Below, in pieces: positions 22,656-31,790 of a stretch of 64,000 nucleotides of DNA (positions within the stretch are counted from its first letter, which is position 1; the number at the start of each line of letters is the position of its first letter). The stretch is from Promethearchaeota archaeon (GTDB taxonomy: Archaea; Asgardarchaeota; Lokiarchaeia; Sigyniarchaeales; SOKP01): the NCBI GenBank assembly GCA_048937405.1, contig JBHLNF010000002.1:256001-320000 (forward strand). Direction: 5' to 3'. The translations under genes and the position numbers were made by a program. Below the pieces are notes generated by a model. That model ran no database searches. It was not told the origin of the DNA and saw nothing but the letters and a program-made list of their open reading frames with translations.

Positions 22656-22867
22656 ATTGTAAAATTTATAATAAAGATGATAGATTATTGGGAATTTATT
22701 TTTATGACACCTTAGAACAGGCAAAAAAAGAGTTCTTACATTATGATAGTTTTATTACAGGATATTGTATTATAACCGATAGAACCACTAAGACTCAGTT
22801 AAAGATAACTGATAATGGGAAAGAGTCAGTCATTATCTTAGGAAAACAACTTTCCATCAATTCTTAA
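22643..22867 (+). pseudogene. 5'-truncated small ORF (..YCKIYNKDDRLLGIYFYDTLEQAKKEFLHYDSFITGYCIITDRTTKTQLKITDNGKESVIILGKQLSINS*)
   Basis: Open + frame from 22643 to TAA 22865-22867, protein-like, no ATG, first of a run of small + ORFs. Confidence 0.55.
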
Positions 22868-22897
22868 CATTTTTTTCTTTAAATAAATCAAAAAGAA

Positions 22898-23128
22898 GTG
22901 ATAGTAATGAGTCGAGCTTTAAATTTTGAATTGGTAAAGGAGGGTATTTTGAAAGCTATTGAACTAAATGATTTTGAACAGTTACACCATTTCAAATCGA
23001 TGTTAAGTGAACTTATTGCACAAGTTCAGTTTCTAATCGAGAGTAATCCATTGATCAATAAAAACAATGTTGATATATTGGAGAAAGCTCAGAAATTATA
23101 TTTGTTAGCAGTAAATATCTCAAATTAG
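22898..23128 (+). CDS. Small helical hypothetical protein (element-borne)
   Basis: ORF with SD-like GAAGTGA ahead of the ATG at 22907. Confidence 0.65.
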   Translation: MIVMSRALNFELVKEGILKAIELNDFEQLHHFKSMLSELIAQVQFLIESNPLINKNNVDILEKAQKLYLLAVNISN

Positions 23129-23232
23129 TAGAAAGGAATGACTGAAAAAATGAATCACTACTTATTAAGAATCACTTTTCTTTCTTACTAATATTTTTCT
23201 TCATTTTAAAATAATTTTAAGAAATTTGCGAG

Positions 23233-23619
23233 AAGAATGAGGGATTGCTTTGGAAATATTTGTAATTATATGAGATAAATTGAAAGCCTTCCTATTTTGC
23301 TGAAAAAGTTACTAATTTATCATTACTTTGAGAAAATTTAAATATGGTATAGGATGAGAAAATAATATTTCACATTCTTGCATATAACTTACTTCTCCTC
23401 AAATTTGAAATATAATTCAGAAAAATAGCATATATTTTCAAGTACTTCTTAATATCTCTCTTAAAATCTATCATTTCTGTATATTTCTTGAAGATGACAT
23501 ATTTGAGGTATTTCACCTATATAATTGTTCTTTCTTAATGTTTCGTTGGTTTTCTCATTTAATTTTGTTGGGATACAGTTTTTCCAATCTCCTTCCCTAC
23601 GATGCAATCCCTCATTCTT
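23233..23619. repeat. Perfect 16-bp inverted repeat pair, 355 bp apart
   Basis: aagaatgagggattgc (23233-23248) and gcaatccctcattctt (23604-23619); extends outward imperfectly (tgcg/cgca). Confidence 0.85.
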
Positions 23620-23915
23620 ACGCAGATCTTTCTTTCTTACTCCGTATTCTTCCCTAAGATATGTTCAAATAGACTTCAAAAGGTCGCGTACATGCTGAAA
23701 AGGTACTAATATTCTTCAGCGATTCCAAGATTATATATTTTTTAGATTATGTAAAAATGGCTTCAAAAAGCTTAGGTTTTGCGAATCTTTGAAGATAAAA
23801 TTTGGTAATGGCATGGAAGATTAACAGAAATTCCATAAATCATCAATCTCTCATTATTGATAAATGATTCAGTCTATTCTATTCATATAAGAAAACATAT
23901 AAAATGGTAGCTTAA

Positions 23916-24161
23916 ATGATTGATACCCAAAAATACATGGATTTGATAAAAGAAAGCGAAATGGCAAAAGATTTAGAGAAACTCAATGACCTCTTAGACA
24001 CGGTGTCCAGCCTCTTAGTCGAATTACAATCTCATAGAGGGAACTCCTATAGTGAAGTACAGCAACTCGAAACCCTAATCTGCTGTATATTTCACAGCTA
24101 CGGGAAGGTTTCGCGAAATCGTGAGTTTAAGCTATCCAAAACACCAAAATTAAAAAAATAA
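23916..24161 (+). CDS. Small hypothetical protein (element-borne)
   Basis: 81-aa helical ORF in the co-oriented small-gene run. Confidence 0.65.
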   Translation: MIDTQKYMDLIKESEMAKDLEKLNDLLDTVSSLLVELQSHRGNSYSEVQQLETLICCIFHSYGKVSRNREFKLSKTPKLKK

Positions 24162-24185
24162 CAAAAAAGGATGTGAAAATAAAAA

Positions 24186-24374
24186 ATGTGCTATTATGTG
24201 GTAGATTTTTGTAAAAAGACAATTACCAAGTGTGAAACGCAAGGACAAGCGAAAGCCTTGTGTATTTTAGCCTTGACCAAGTCTCCCTCTCTTAATATTT
24301 TTTCGTATAACGAGATTGATTTTAACAAGTTGGAGTTAAATAAAACCGAATTTGAAGAATTAACAGTTTTTTAG
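24186..24374 (+). CDS. Small hypothetical protein (element-borne)
   Basis: 62-aa ORF with an SD-like GGATGTGA upstream. Confidence 0.6.
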   Translation: MCYYVVDFCKKTITKCETQGQAKALCILALTKSPSLNIFSYNEIDFNKLELNKTEFEELTVF

Positions 24375-24392
24375 AATTCAAGAGGAGATGAT

Positions 24393-24791
24393 ATGAAAAT
24401 GATTTATCAAGATATTTATAGGCTGTTAAGTGAGATTGTGGATTTATCTACATTGCGAGATCAGGGATATTTAAAATACAAATCAAGCGGATTTATGGAT
24501 CTAAACGTGGACTTTCTCATGGAAGATGAGCAAAAGCGGGAAATTATCGCCCTTTCTCATTATTATAAGCAAAATGGTGATATGATTGCCGATCCTGATA
24601 TGGAACTAAGGATTGATTATGCATGGGATAATCCTACTTGTGAGGCATTGTCTTATCAAGACTATTTTGGTTATAAAAAAGTGTATAATGAGATTGGGAA
24701 TTTTGATCCCAAGATAAAAGCTGATTTAAATGAGTTTTTATTGATATGGTTAAAGAATCTCAAGAATCAACAATTCAAACTATTTATTTAA
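24393..24791 (+). CDS. DUF1249/DUF6908-like protein typical of mobile elements
   Basis: GFMDLNV...ALSHYYKQNGDMIADPDMEL...LNEFLLIWLKNLKNQ; SD GAGGAG. Confidence 0.8.
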   Translation: MKMIYQDIYRLLSEIVDLSTLRDQGYLKYKSSGFMDLNVDFLMEDEQKREIIALSHYYKQNGDMIADPDMELRIDYAWDNPTCEALSYQDYFGYKKVYNEIGNFDPKIKADLNEFLLIWLKNLKNQQFKLFI

Positions 24792-24798
24792 TAATTTT

Positions 24799-24823
24799 TT
24801 TAATTTTTTCTTTGGGGATCATA
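24799..24823. repeat. Right att-like direct repeat (attR); displaced original aminopeptidase 5' end
   Basis: tttaattttttctttGgggatcata; the minus strand reads ATG ATC CCC AAA GAA AAA ATT AAA (MIPKEKIK). Confidence 0.85.
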
Positions 24824-24997
24824 CATTAATTCAATATTTTATTAATAATATTAGTTATTAGATTTATTAAAAAAAATCAATATGCAAGAGTACAAAAGCA
24901 TTTATTATTAAAAGTTCGTATATTAAAAATATTAAACTAATTGTATTATTAAACTATTATTCTAAATATCTCAAAATCGTACACAAAGCTCTCACTT

Positions 24998-25459
24998 ATG
25001 GTTGTTCGAGAAGCAGGACTGTTATTTAGGGGCTATACATTAGTAAAAAAAAGTTATCACAAATCTACAAAAGGAAAAATTGATACTGACTTAAGAAGTG
25101 GATTGCTTACTGCAATCTTAAATTTTGCTCAATCTACTTTTTCAAAAGACTTTGTTGAATATTTTGAAGGTAAAAAATATCTTATTGCATTTACAGAGGA
25201 CGCAATTAATGCTGAAGATAGTTTTGAACCAGAACTTTTAATTTCTTATGTTATTTTAGATAAAGAGAAAAAAATTGAAAAATATATTAGGAAAATTATT
25301 CAACCATTACTTAAACAAATAACTAAAGAATTTAAAACACAAAATGTTGGAAAAAATTTATCAGAAGTTTCTCAATTTAAAGATTTTAAACTATATTTAG
25401 ATAAAATTTTTGGTTCTGATACAAAAACAATTGATCAAAAATTTAAGAATTTATTTTAA
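24998..25459 (+). CDS. Longin-like domain protein
   Basis: DTDLRSGLLTAILNFAQ helix motif typical of Asgard longin-like domains; paralogue of 45988-46449. Confidence 0.6.
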   Translation: MVVREAGLLFRGYTLVKKSYHKSTKGKIDTDLRSGLLTAILNFAQSTFSKDFVEYFEGKKYLIAFTEDAINAEDSFEPELLISYVILDKEKKIEKYIRKIIQPLLKQITKEFKTQNVGKNLSEVSQFKDFKLYLDKIFGSDTKTIDQKFKNLF

Positions 25460-25497
25460 TAAAATAAACTTAGTTATGCAAATATTCTCAATATACA

Positions 25498-26445
25498 TTA
25501 TTTTTTTAGTATGTTTATCAAATACCACAAAATTATTGGTAAAACAATAGTTGCATCTGAAATCACAGTACAATATTTTGCTTTTTCATTCACTTTACCC
25601 CATGAAATTGCTTCTCTCAAACTAGCTCCACTCAATCCTCCGGGTTCTGGACGATCCATAGTAATTTGGATGGCAAAAGTGGCAGAATTTGGGCAAAATT
25701 GTAATGATTGCATAATAAAATTCTTTGGTACACCACCGCCAACTATACATATACCAGCATTTTTAGCATCCCATGCTAAATTTACCATTTCTAGCATATC
25801 TTTAAAGTGATTTAAATTTAAATTTTTATGATGAAATCCTAATTGCATAGCTAATCCTGAATCAGTAAATGCAGGACAGAAAATGGGTATCTCTTTCTCG
25901 GCACATACTCTAAGAATGGAATAAGATGATGTCGGTAGCTTTTCACCAAGAAATTTAAGAAATGAACTTACCGACATTTGACTATCTGGTATTGTTAATT
26001 TGGAAATGAAGTTTTCAATTCCTTCATATACGTTATTTGGCATGAATATATCATATATTCTATTTATTTCTGTCTTATGTAAATCTCGATCATCAACATC
26101 ATCCAAATTAATATTGCCTTGTAAATGATGATATCCTAGGGCTTCTGCGAGATCATGGGTTAAGTTTGCACCTGTAGTTACTAAGACATCTATAAATCCT
26201 TCCTGTAAGAAATCAAATATAATTTTTTGTAATCCAACAGGAACCATAGCTCCTGCTAATCCGAAAAATTTTACACAGTCATTAGTTCTTATCATTTTTT
26301 CATAAATTTCGCAAGCTTCCGCTAATCTCTTTGCATTAAATCCTGTATTTTTCAGAGATTTGACCAAATCAACAATTTTGGTACCCTCATTTATTTCAAA
26401 TTGCTCTACTTCTCTTAATTTCTCTTTAAAATCTTCTTTTGACAT
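25498..26445 (-). CDS. dys: Deoxyhypusine synthase
   Basis: TGFNA, TTGANLTHD, NRIYD, CPAFTDS, GGGVPKN, GGLSGASLREAISWGKV (catalytic Lys). Confidence 0.95.
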   Translation of the reverse strand: MSKEDFKEKLREVEQFEINEGTKIVDLVKSLKNTGFNAKRLAEACEIYEKMIRTNDCVKFFGLAGAMVPVGLQKIIFDFLQEGFIDVLVTTGANLTHDLAEALGYHHLQGNINLDDVDDRDLHKTEINRIYDIFMPNNVYEGIENFISKLTIPDSQMSVSSFLKFLGEKLPTSSYSILRVCAEKEIPIFCPAFTDSGLAMQLGFHHKNLNLNHFKDMLEMVNLAWDAKNAGICIVGGGVPKNFIMQSLQFCPNSATFAIQITMDRPEPGGLSGASLREAISWGKVNEKAKYCTVISDATIVLPIILWYLINILKK

Positions 26446-27357
26446 TTATACCATATCTTTTTCCTTACTTGCAATAAATGAAATCAGCTCTATTATTATT
26501 TTTGCAGCCAAATTACATGTCATTTTATTTTTTAAATCTAAATTGGGTGCAACTTCAACTAAATCAAATCCAATAATTTTAAAATTTACAGATACCTCTT
26601 TTAATATTTTCCATAATTCTCTATAAGAAAAACCTCCTGGAATTGCAAATCCTGTCCCAGGTGCGATAGAGGGATCAAAAGCATCAATATCTATTGAAAC
26701 ATAAAGATAGTTGATATTAGATTTTTTGAAAAAATCAGTAATTCCTGAGATAATATTATCTAATCCATCTGTTAAATGATAAGCACTAATATATTCAATG
26801 CTTTCTGCTTTGGCTAACTCTAACTCTGGGATATCTATATCTCTAGCTCCAACAACAAGGAGATTTTTATTATTTATATAATCAAAATCATAAATTCTAT
26901 GAGAAACTGTGGCATGAGAATAGACGCCCTTATCCCATTCTTGATAAAAATCTAAATGAGAATCAAATACTAACACACCAAATTCTTCTTTTTTTTCAAA
27001 ATGATCTCCAATTGTTTTTATTACAGGATAAGAACAGAAATGATCACCCCCAATCATAATAGGAATTATGTTTTCATTTTTCTTGTATATATCTTCTATG
27101 AAATTCTTGATATTTTTAAGATTTTTATCTATATTCATTTTCTCGACAGGAATATCTCCAATATCAACTACTTTTAATTTAGTTATATGATATCCTAGTT
27201 CCGATGTCAAACCAATATCATTAGTTACATTTCTGATTTTTTCTGGAGCAATTGAAGAGTTAGGTAAATCAATTGAAGTTAAATAATCCCATGGTATACC
27301 AAAAATAACAAATTGTGTATCTTTTTTGATATCTTTTTCAAAATCAAAAAATCTCAT
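26446..27357 (-). CDS. speB: Agmatinase (ureohydrolase family)
   Basis: GGDH, DSHLD, SHAT, SIDIDAFDPSIAPGTG, DLVEVAP. Confidence 0.9.
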   Translation of the reverse strand: MRFFDFEKDIKKDTQFVIFGIPWDYLTSIDLPNSSIAPEKIRNVTNDIGLTSELGYHITKLKVVDIGDIPVEKMNIDKNLKNIKNFIEDIYKKNENIIPIMIGGDHFCSYPVIKTIGDHFEKKEEFGVLVFDSHLDFYQEWDKGVYSHATVSHRIYDFDYINNKNLLVVGARDIDIPELELAKAESIEYISAYHLTDGLDNIISGITDFFKKSNINYLYVSIDIDAFDPSIAPGTGFAIPGGFSYRELWKILKEVSVNFKIIGFDLVEVAPNLDLKNKMTCNLAAKIIIELISFIASKEKDMV

Positions 27358-27385
27358 TTTTTACTTACTATTTTTTTTAATTTTC

Positions 27386-29095
27386 TCACATTTTATCTAA
27401 AGTTTCAATTCCTAGTATATCTAGTCCTATTTTAATAACAATTTTTACACAATATATAAGTAATAACCTTGCCTTTTCTAAATCTTTATTATTAGATATA
27501 ACTTGACAGGATGTATAAAATGAATTGAATGCCTGACATAACGTGAGAAGATATTGTGGAATTAGATGAATATTATAGGATTTTTCTGCTGTATCAATTA
27601 CTTCAGGAAAGTAAATCAGTTGTTTTATTAGAAATTTTTCTTTTTCATGAGAAAGTAAATCCCATTTAATATTTGTTGTTATTTCTCTTTCTGACTTTGA
27701 AATAATTGAGATAATCCTTGCATAACAATATTGAATATAAGGTCCTGTTTCACCCTCAAAAGAGATACTTTCATCAGGTTTGAATACAAAACCCTTTACT
27801 GGACTATATTTGAGAAGGTAAAAGATTACTGAAGCTAAACCAATAATTTCGGCTCTTTTTTTCTTTTCATCATTATGTAATTCAGGATATCTCTTATTTA
27901 CTTCCTCAAGTGCAAGGTTTTCAACTTCTTCAATTACATCATCAGCATCAACAACAGTACCTTCTCTACTTTTCATTTTACCACTAGGTAGACTAATCAT
28001 ACCATATGAAAGATGATAATTATCTCCTTCAAATCCTAAAATATCTAATATAGCAAAGAGCCATTTAAAATGCTGTATCTGTGGATCTCCAACAATATAA
28101 ATTGATCTGTCATAATTAAAATCTTCTTTTTTTTTATATGCTAGGTATATATCCTGTGTTATATAAATAGAAGTTCCATCGCTCCTTATCAAAATTTTGT
28201 CATCTAGATCATATTTCTCTTTTAATTTGGCGATTATAGCACCATCATTGGTTTTTTCAAAAAGACCTTTTTTCAATCCATCTAAAATTATCTCTTTTCC
28301 TTTCAAGTATAAATCAGATTCAAAATACTCTTTGGTAAATTTAATTCCAAATTTATTAAATGTAGTTTTAAATCCCTCAAGTGCCCATTTATTCATCTTT
28401 TTCCATAAATCTCTAGTTTCTTTATCTCCCTTTTCCCAAGATCTTAATAATTCTTGGGCTTCTATCTCTAAATTAGCATCTGATTTAAATTTTTGAGTAT
28501 ATAATACATAATATTCACCAACGAAATGATCACTTTTTTTATCTGGGGCCTTTCCATTTCCCCATTTCTTATATGCAAGCATACTTTTACAAATATGAAT
28601 TCCTCTGTCATTATTTAAATTAACTTGAAATACCTTATGTTTTTTATATTCTAATAAATTAGATAAAGATTTACCAAGAACCATATTCCGAACATGTCCA
28701 AAATGAAGTGGTTTATTAGTATTAGGAGAAGGATATTCAACTACTATTCTAAGTTTATTAGATTTTTCTGAAATATCTCTTATTCTACCATAATCATTGT
28801 TATAATCAAAAATATTTTCAAGAATAGGTCTTTGTTTTATTGTAAAATTTAAATAAGGTCCTTTGACATCAATGTTTTCTATAAACTCCGGGATCTTAAT
28901 TTTATCTTTTAATTCTTGAGTTATTAATTGTGGTGCTCTTTTCTGTAATTTTGCAAGTTTAAAACAAGGAAATGCATAGTGATACTCATAATCAGGAGGA
29001 GGTATTTCTATTGATGATTCGATTTCTTCTAAATTAAGATTGGGGATATATTCCATTAAGATATTGGCTATTGATTTTTTATCTATAATTTTCAT
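27386..29095 (-). CDS. argS: Arginyl-tRNA synthetase
   Basis: VEYPSPNTNKPLHFGH (HIGH), RSDGTSIY, MKSREG, FEGETGPYIQY and DALR-type anticodon domain. Confidence 0.97.
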   Translation of the reverse strand: MKIIDKKSIANILMEYIPNLNLEEIESSIEIPPPDYEYHYAFPCFKLAKLQKRAPQLITQELKDKIKIPEFIENIDVKGPYLNFTIKQRPILENIFDYNNDYGRIRDISEKSNKLRIVVEYPSPNTNKPLHFGHVRNMVLGKSLSNLLEYKKHKVFQVNLNNDRGIHICKSMLAYKKWGNGKAPDKKSDHFVGEYYVLYTQKFKSDANLEIEAQELLRSWEKGDKETRDLWKKMNKWALEGFKTTFNKFGIKFTKEYFESDLYLKGKEIILDGLKKGLFEKTNDGAIIAKLKEKYDLDDKILIRSDGTSIYITQDIYLAYKKKEDFNYDRSIYIVGDPQIQHFKWLFAILDILGFEGDNYHLSYGMISLPSGKMKSREGTVVDADDVIEEVENLALEEVNKRYPELHNDEKKKRAEIIGLASVIFYLLKYSPVKGFVFKPDESISFEGETGPYIQYCYARIISIISKSEREITTNIKWDLLSHEKEKFLIKQLIYFPEVIDTAEKSYNIHLIPQYLLTLCQAFNSFYTSCQVISNNKDLEKARLLLIYCVKIVIKIGLDILGIETLDKM

Positions 29096-29336
29096 ATGAA
29101 TAATCAGAATAAATTCTAAAACTATTATTTATAAATTGATTGATATCTGTATCCTATTTTGATAATTATATATGAAATTATTCATAAAATTTATGAATAT
29201 GAATTGAGGATGTAAATATCGTTAAAATTAAGATTAAATAATATTAATTTTATATTGTAATAAAAAAAATTAAAATTTTTTAATAAAGAAGATAATTTAA
29301 TTTCTAGATATTTTAAAATAGCTTATTGGGAATACA

Positions 29337-29681
29337 ATGACAGAAAAAAAAGACAATTTCATATTAAAATGGCATGATGATTCTGGTACATTTATGCCAA
29401 TCGAATCTGATGCAGATATGAATGAAGGGATTTTCATTGAACTGGTCAATGACTCTAAATGGAGATATTTCTATATTAAAGGTGCATCATTAATCTCTAG
29501 ACGTACAGCACTTAGAGCTGCAAATGGTATTTCAAAAACAGGATATATTCACCCAAAAACAAATATTCGATATGGTATAGAATGTGAACTTAAAGAGGAA
29601 ATATCCCCATATGAGGATATGCCTGATACTCTCAGAAAATCTCAACGTTCATGGTATAAAGGTGAATATAAACAATATTAA
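29337..29681 (+). CDS. Hypothetical protein, possibly a divergent single gelsolin-like domain
   Basis: A strand-strand-KGASLISRRTALRAANGI helix loosely matches the gelsolin core; weak. Confidence 0.4.
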   Translation: MTEKKDNFILKWHDDSGTFMPIESDADMNEGIFIELVNDSKWRYFYIKGASLISRRTALRAANGISKTGYIHPKTNIRYGIECELKEEISPYEDMPDTLRKSQRSWYKGEYKQY

Positions 29682-29771
29682 CATATCAATATAATACTTA
29701 AATCCTTTTTCTGTTTATTTCTTAAAAAAATTAAAATTCTAAACTAATTGGAGATCTCTTCCCACTATTTA

Positions 29772-30560
29772 TTATGCTACAAAATTAGTTAACTCAACCT
29801 TCTCATCTTTTAAATCCTTTCGATTAAGAATTATCTCCTTAATTTTTGGTAATACTTTATCAAAAAATACAAATAAATAAGGGACACCTTGATTGGTTAA
29901 TATTAATGAATCATATAATAATAATTCAACCCCGGATGGTCTCATTTGCGTAATGAGTAAATATGATTCCATCATAAAAGAAAGCATAAAACCAATCCAA
30001 AAAATATATAGAATCGTTTTATAGTCATATCTCAATACAATTAGCAATAAAAATCCACATAAAACGGTAATAATTTCTACTATTCTTAAACTACGCATAT
30101 GTCTAACCGTAGTTATTTCTAAATCAAGCAAGGGTAATATTTGCGACAAACTAGCTGTTACTAACCAACCACCATATAAAAAAAGAGTCCATAATATTAT
30201 TTCCTTTAGATTATTCCTTTCAAACATTATCATTACCCAACTAAAGGCTACCAAACCATAGCTAAAATCCATCATAAAATCTACAAAAAATTTGTATTCG
30301 GGGGGAAAAATTTCACGAACTCCGGTATTCCACCAAATTATACTATCTATTATTAGAAAAAGTACTCCACATAAAAGACCAACATAAAGTGGTTTTCTTT
30401 TTTTCTTAATAATTAGAACTGTAAGAAAAATTAAGAAGAAAATTAAATCGAAAATAAGATAATCCAAATCAAAGTTTCTTGTTATATCATATGTAATCTG
30501 TATCATGAAAATCATTAGTCGAATATTTCCTTTCCATTGATCTATTGAAATTAATAACAA
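29772..30560 (-). CDS. Multi-pass membrane protein (start likely ~30504-30513)
   Basis: About 7 hydrophobic segments. Confidence 0.75.
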   Translation of the reverse strand: MLLISIDQWKGNIRLMIFMIQITYDITRNFDLDYLIFDLIFFLIFLTVLIIKKKRKPLYVGLLCGVLFLIIDSIIWWNTGVREIFPPEYKFFVDFMMDFSYGLVAFSWVMIMFERNNLKEIILWTLFLYGGWLVTASLSQILPLLDLEITTVRHMRSLRIVEIITVLCGFLLLIVLRYDYKTILYIFWIGFMLSFMMESYLLITQMRPSGVELLLYDSLILTNQGVPYLFVFFDKVLPKIKEIILNRKDLKDEKVELTNFVA

Positions 30561-30658
30561 TTTTAATATTTTTCAATTGCTTATTATTAATTCTGAAATT
30601 TAACGCGATGAAGAAAAAATATTGCAAGTAAATTTAACTAAACTTTTTTCATGATAGC

Positions 30659-31240
30659 TCAAGAAAATCTCTTTCTTTATGGATGGGATGAATTAAGGAT
30701 GAGAAGAAAAATCATTATATCATTAAACACACCTCTTTTTAAACAAATTACTCTCTATTATATTAATCTGAAACTGACTTAAAAGAAAAACGAAACAGGT
30801 GATACAAAAAGGAATAAAAACCACAAAATCCTCAACTATTCAGTTCATATCATAGGCTATTTGTCACGATTTGTCGAATTCTTAACCTATAATGAGGAAA
30901 AAATAGGTAAAAGAGTAATAAGAATTGATGAGTCCAAGACTACAAAAGTCTGTTGTAATGGTAAAAAACTGAAAAAAAGGTTACTCTTCGAAAGAAATAT
31001 TACATGCGACCGTGGAACTCATGTTGACCAAGACCTCAATTCGGTACTCAAAATCATGAGATCATGACTCTTTTTTAAGTCTTCAAGCATAACTATGAAT
31101 CCCTATCGCATTAACCCTCTGTGAACGGGGAATTATTCCTAACATGATGGAATGGTTTTCTACGACATAAAGACCAACCCGTACTAGAAGCGGTTGCGTA
31201 CTCGTACAAAAACATAGCCTTTAAGCTATGCCTAGTTCAT
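30659..31240 (+). mobile_element. Internally deleted IS200/IS605-family element (non-autonomous, ~580 bp)
   Basis: Left-end-like tcaagaaaatctc...gggatgaatt; tnpB 3' fragment; right-end hairpin catagc-ctttaa-gctatg followed by ctagttcat. Confidence 0.75.
30798..31067 (+). pseudogene. tnpB: TnpB C-terminal remnant
   Basis: LNYSVHIIGYLSRFVEFLTY...IDESKTTKVCC...CDRG...DQDLNS, a degenerate Zn finger and RuvC-III. Confidence 0.85.
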
Positions 31241-31790
31241 AAACCAAATAATCTACTTTATGTGGATTCTTTTTTTCATTAGTCATATTTCTAACACCAT
31301 TATAATGAAAAGTGATGAATATAATTAAAGTGAACTAATGCAAAAAATAAGTAAAAAAAAATTATTTGTATTTATAGTAGTATTATTATTTGAATATTTT
31401 TCTATTGAATATTCTAATTATTTAAAAACTACTTATAATAATATTTAATTAAATAAAGAGATTGGATTTATATATCAAATTAGTATGGGCTAAGTTCTTA
31501 TTTCACAATAGTTATAAAATAGTTAAATAAAAATGAAATATTAAAATTAAGCATATTAATTAATTTTTTGATAGGTCAATAAAATACAATCACATAAAAT
31601 TTTAAACAAATATTATAATCTTTTTAATATATCACATCGAAATATTTAATATATATAAAAAAAGTTATAGATTATAGAAATCGTATTAGTGATTAACTCT
31701 AAAAACAAGAATTCTCACTAAAAGAAGCAAAAATACACAAAAACCTTTCAAATAATAAAACCTACTAAAAAAGGGAGGTAAGCATGCAAA

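Larger units (their letters stand above)
13468..24823. mobile_element. Integrated element remnant (~11.3 kb), internally deleted, no integrase visible
   Basis: Terminal 25-bp direct repeats, non-host gene content (giant gene, tiny ORFs, DUF1249/DUF6908-like gene), and host-type genes on both flanks. Confidence 0.82.

Noticed and set aside
22656-22724. TTG start and N-terminus MPVLRCHKNKFPIIYHLYYKF of the 2758-aa ORF
   Set aside because: It is the antisense of a + strand gene fragment and is better explained as read-through across a deletion junction.
23310-23520. Short minus-strand ORFs between the inverted repeats
   Set aside because: Under 50 aa with no recognisable motif; cannot support a gene call.
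13493-24798. Integrase, capsid or conjugation genes within the element
   Set aside because: No tyrosine/serine recombinase, terminase, capsid or VirB4 motifs recognised, so the element class (virus, ICE or transposon) cannot be assigned.
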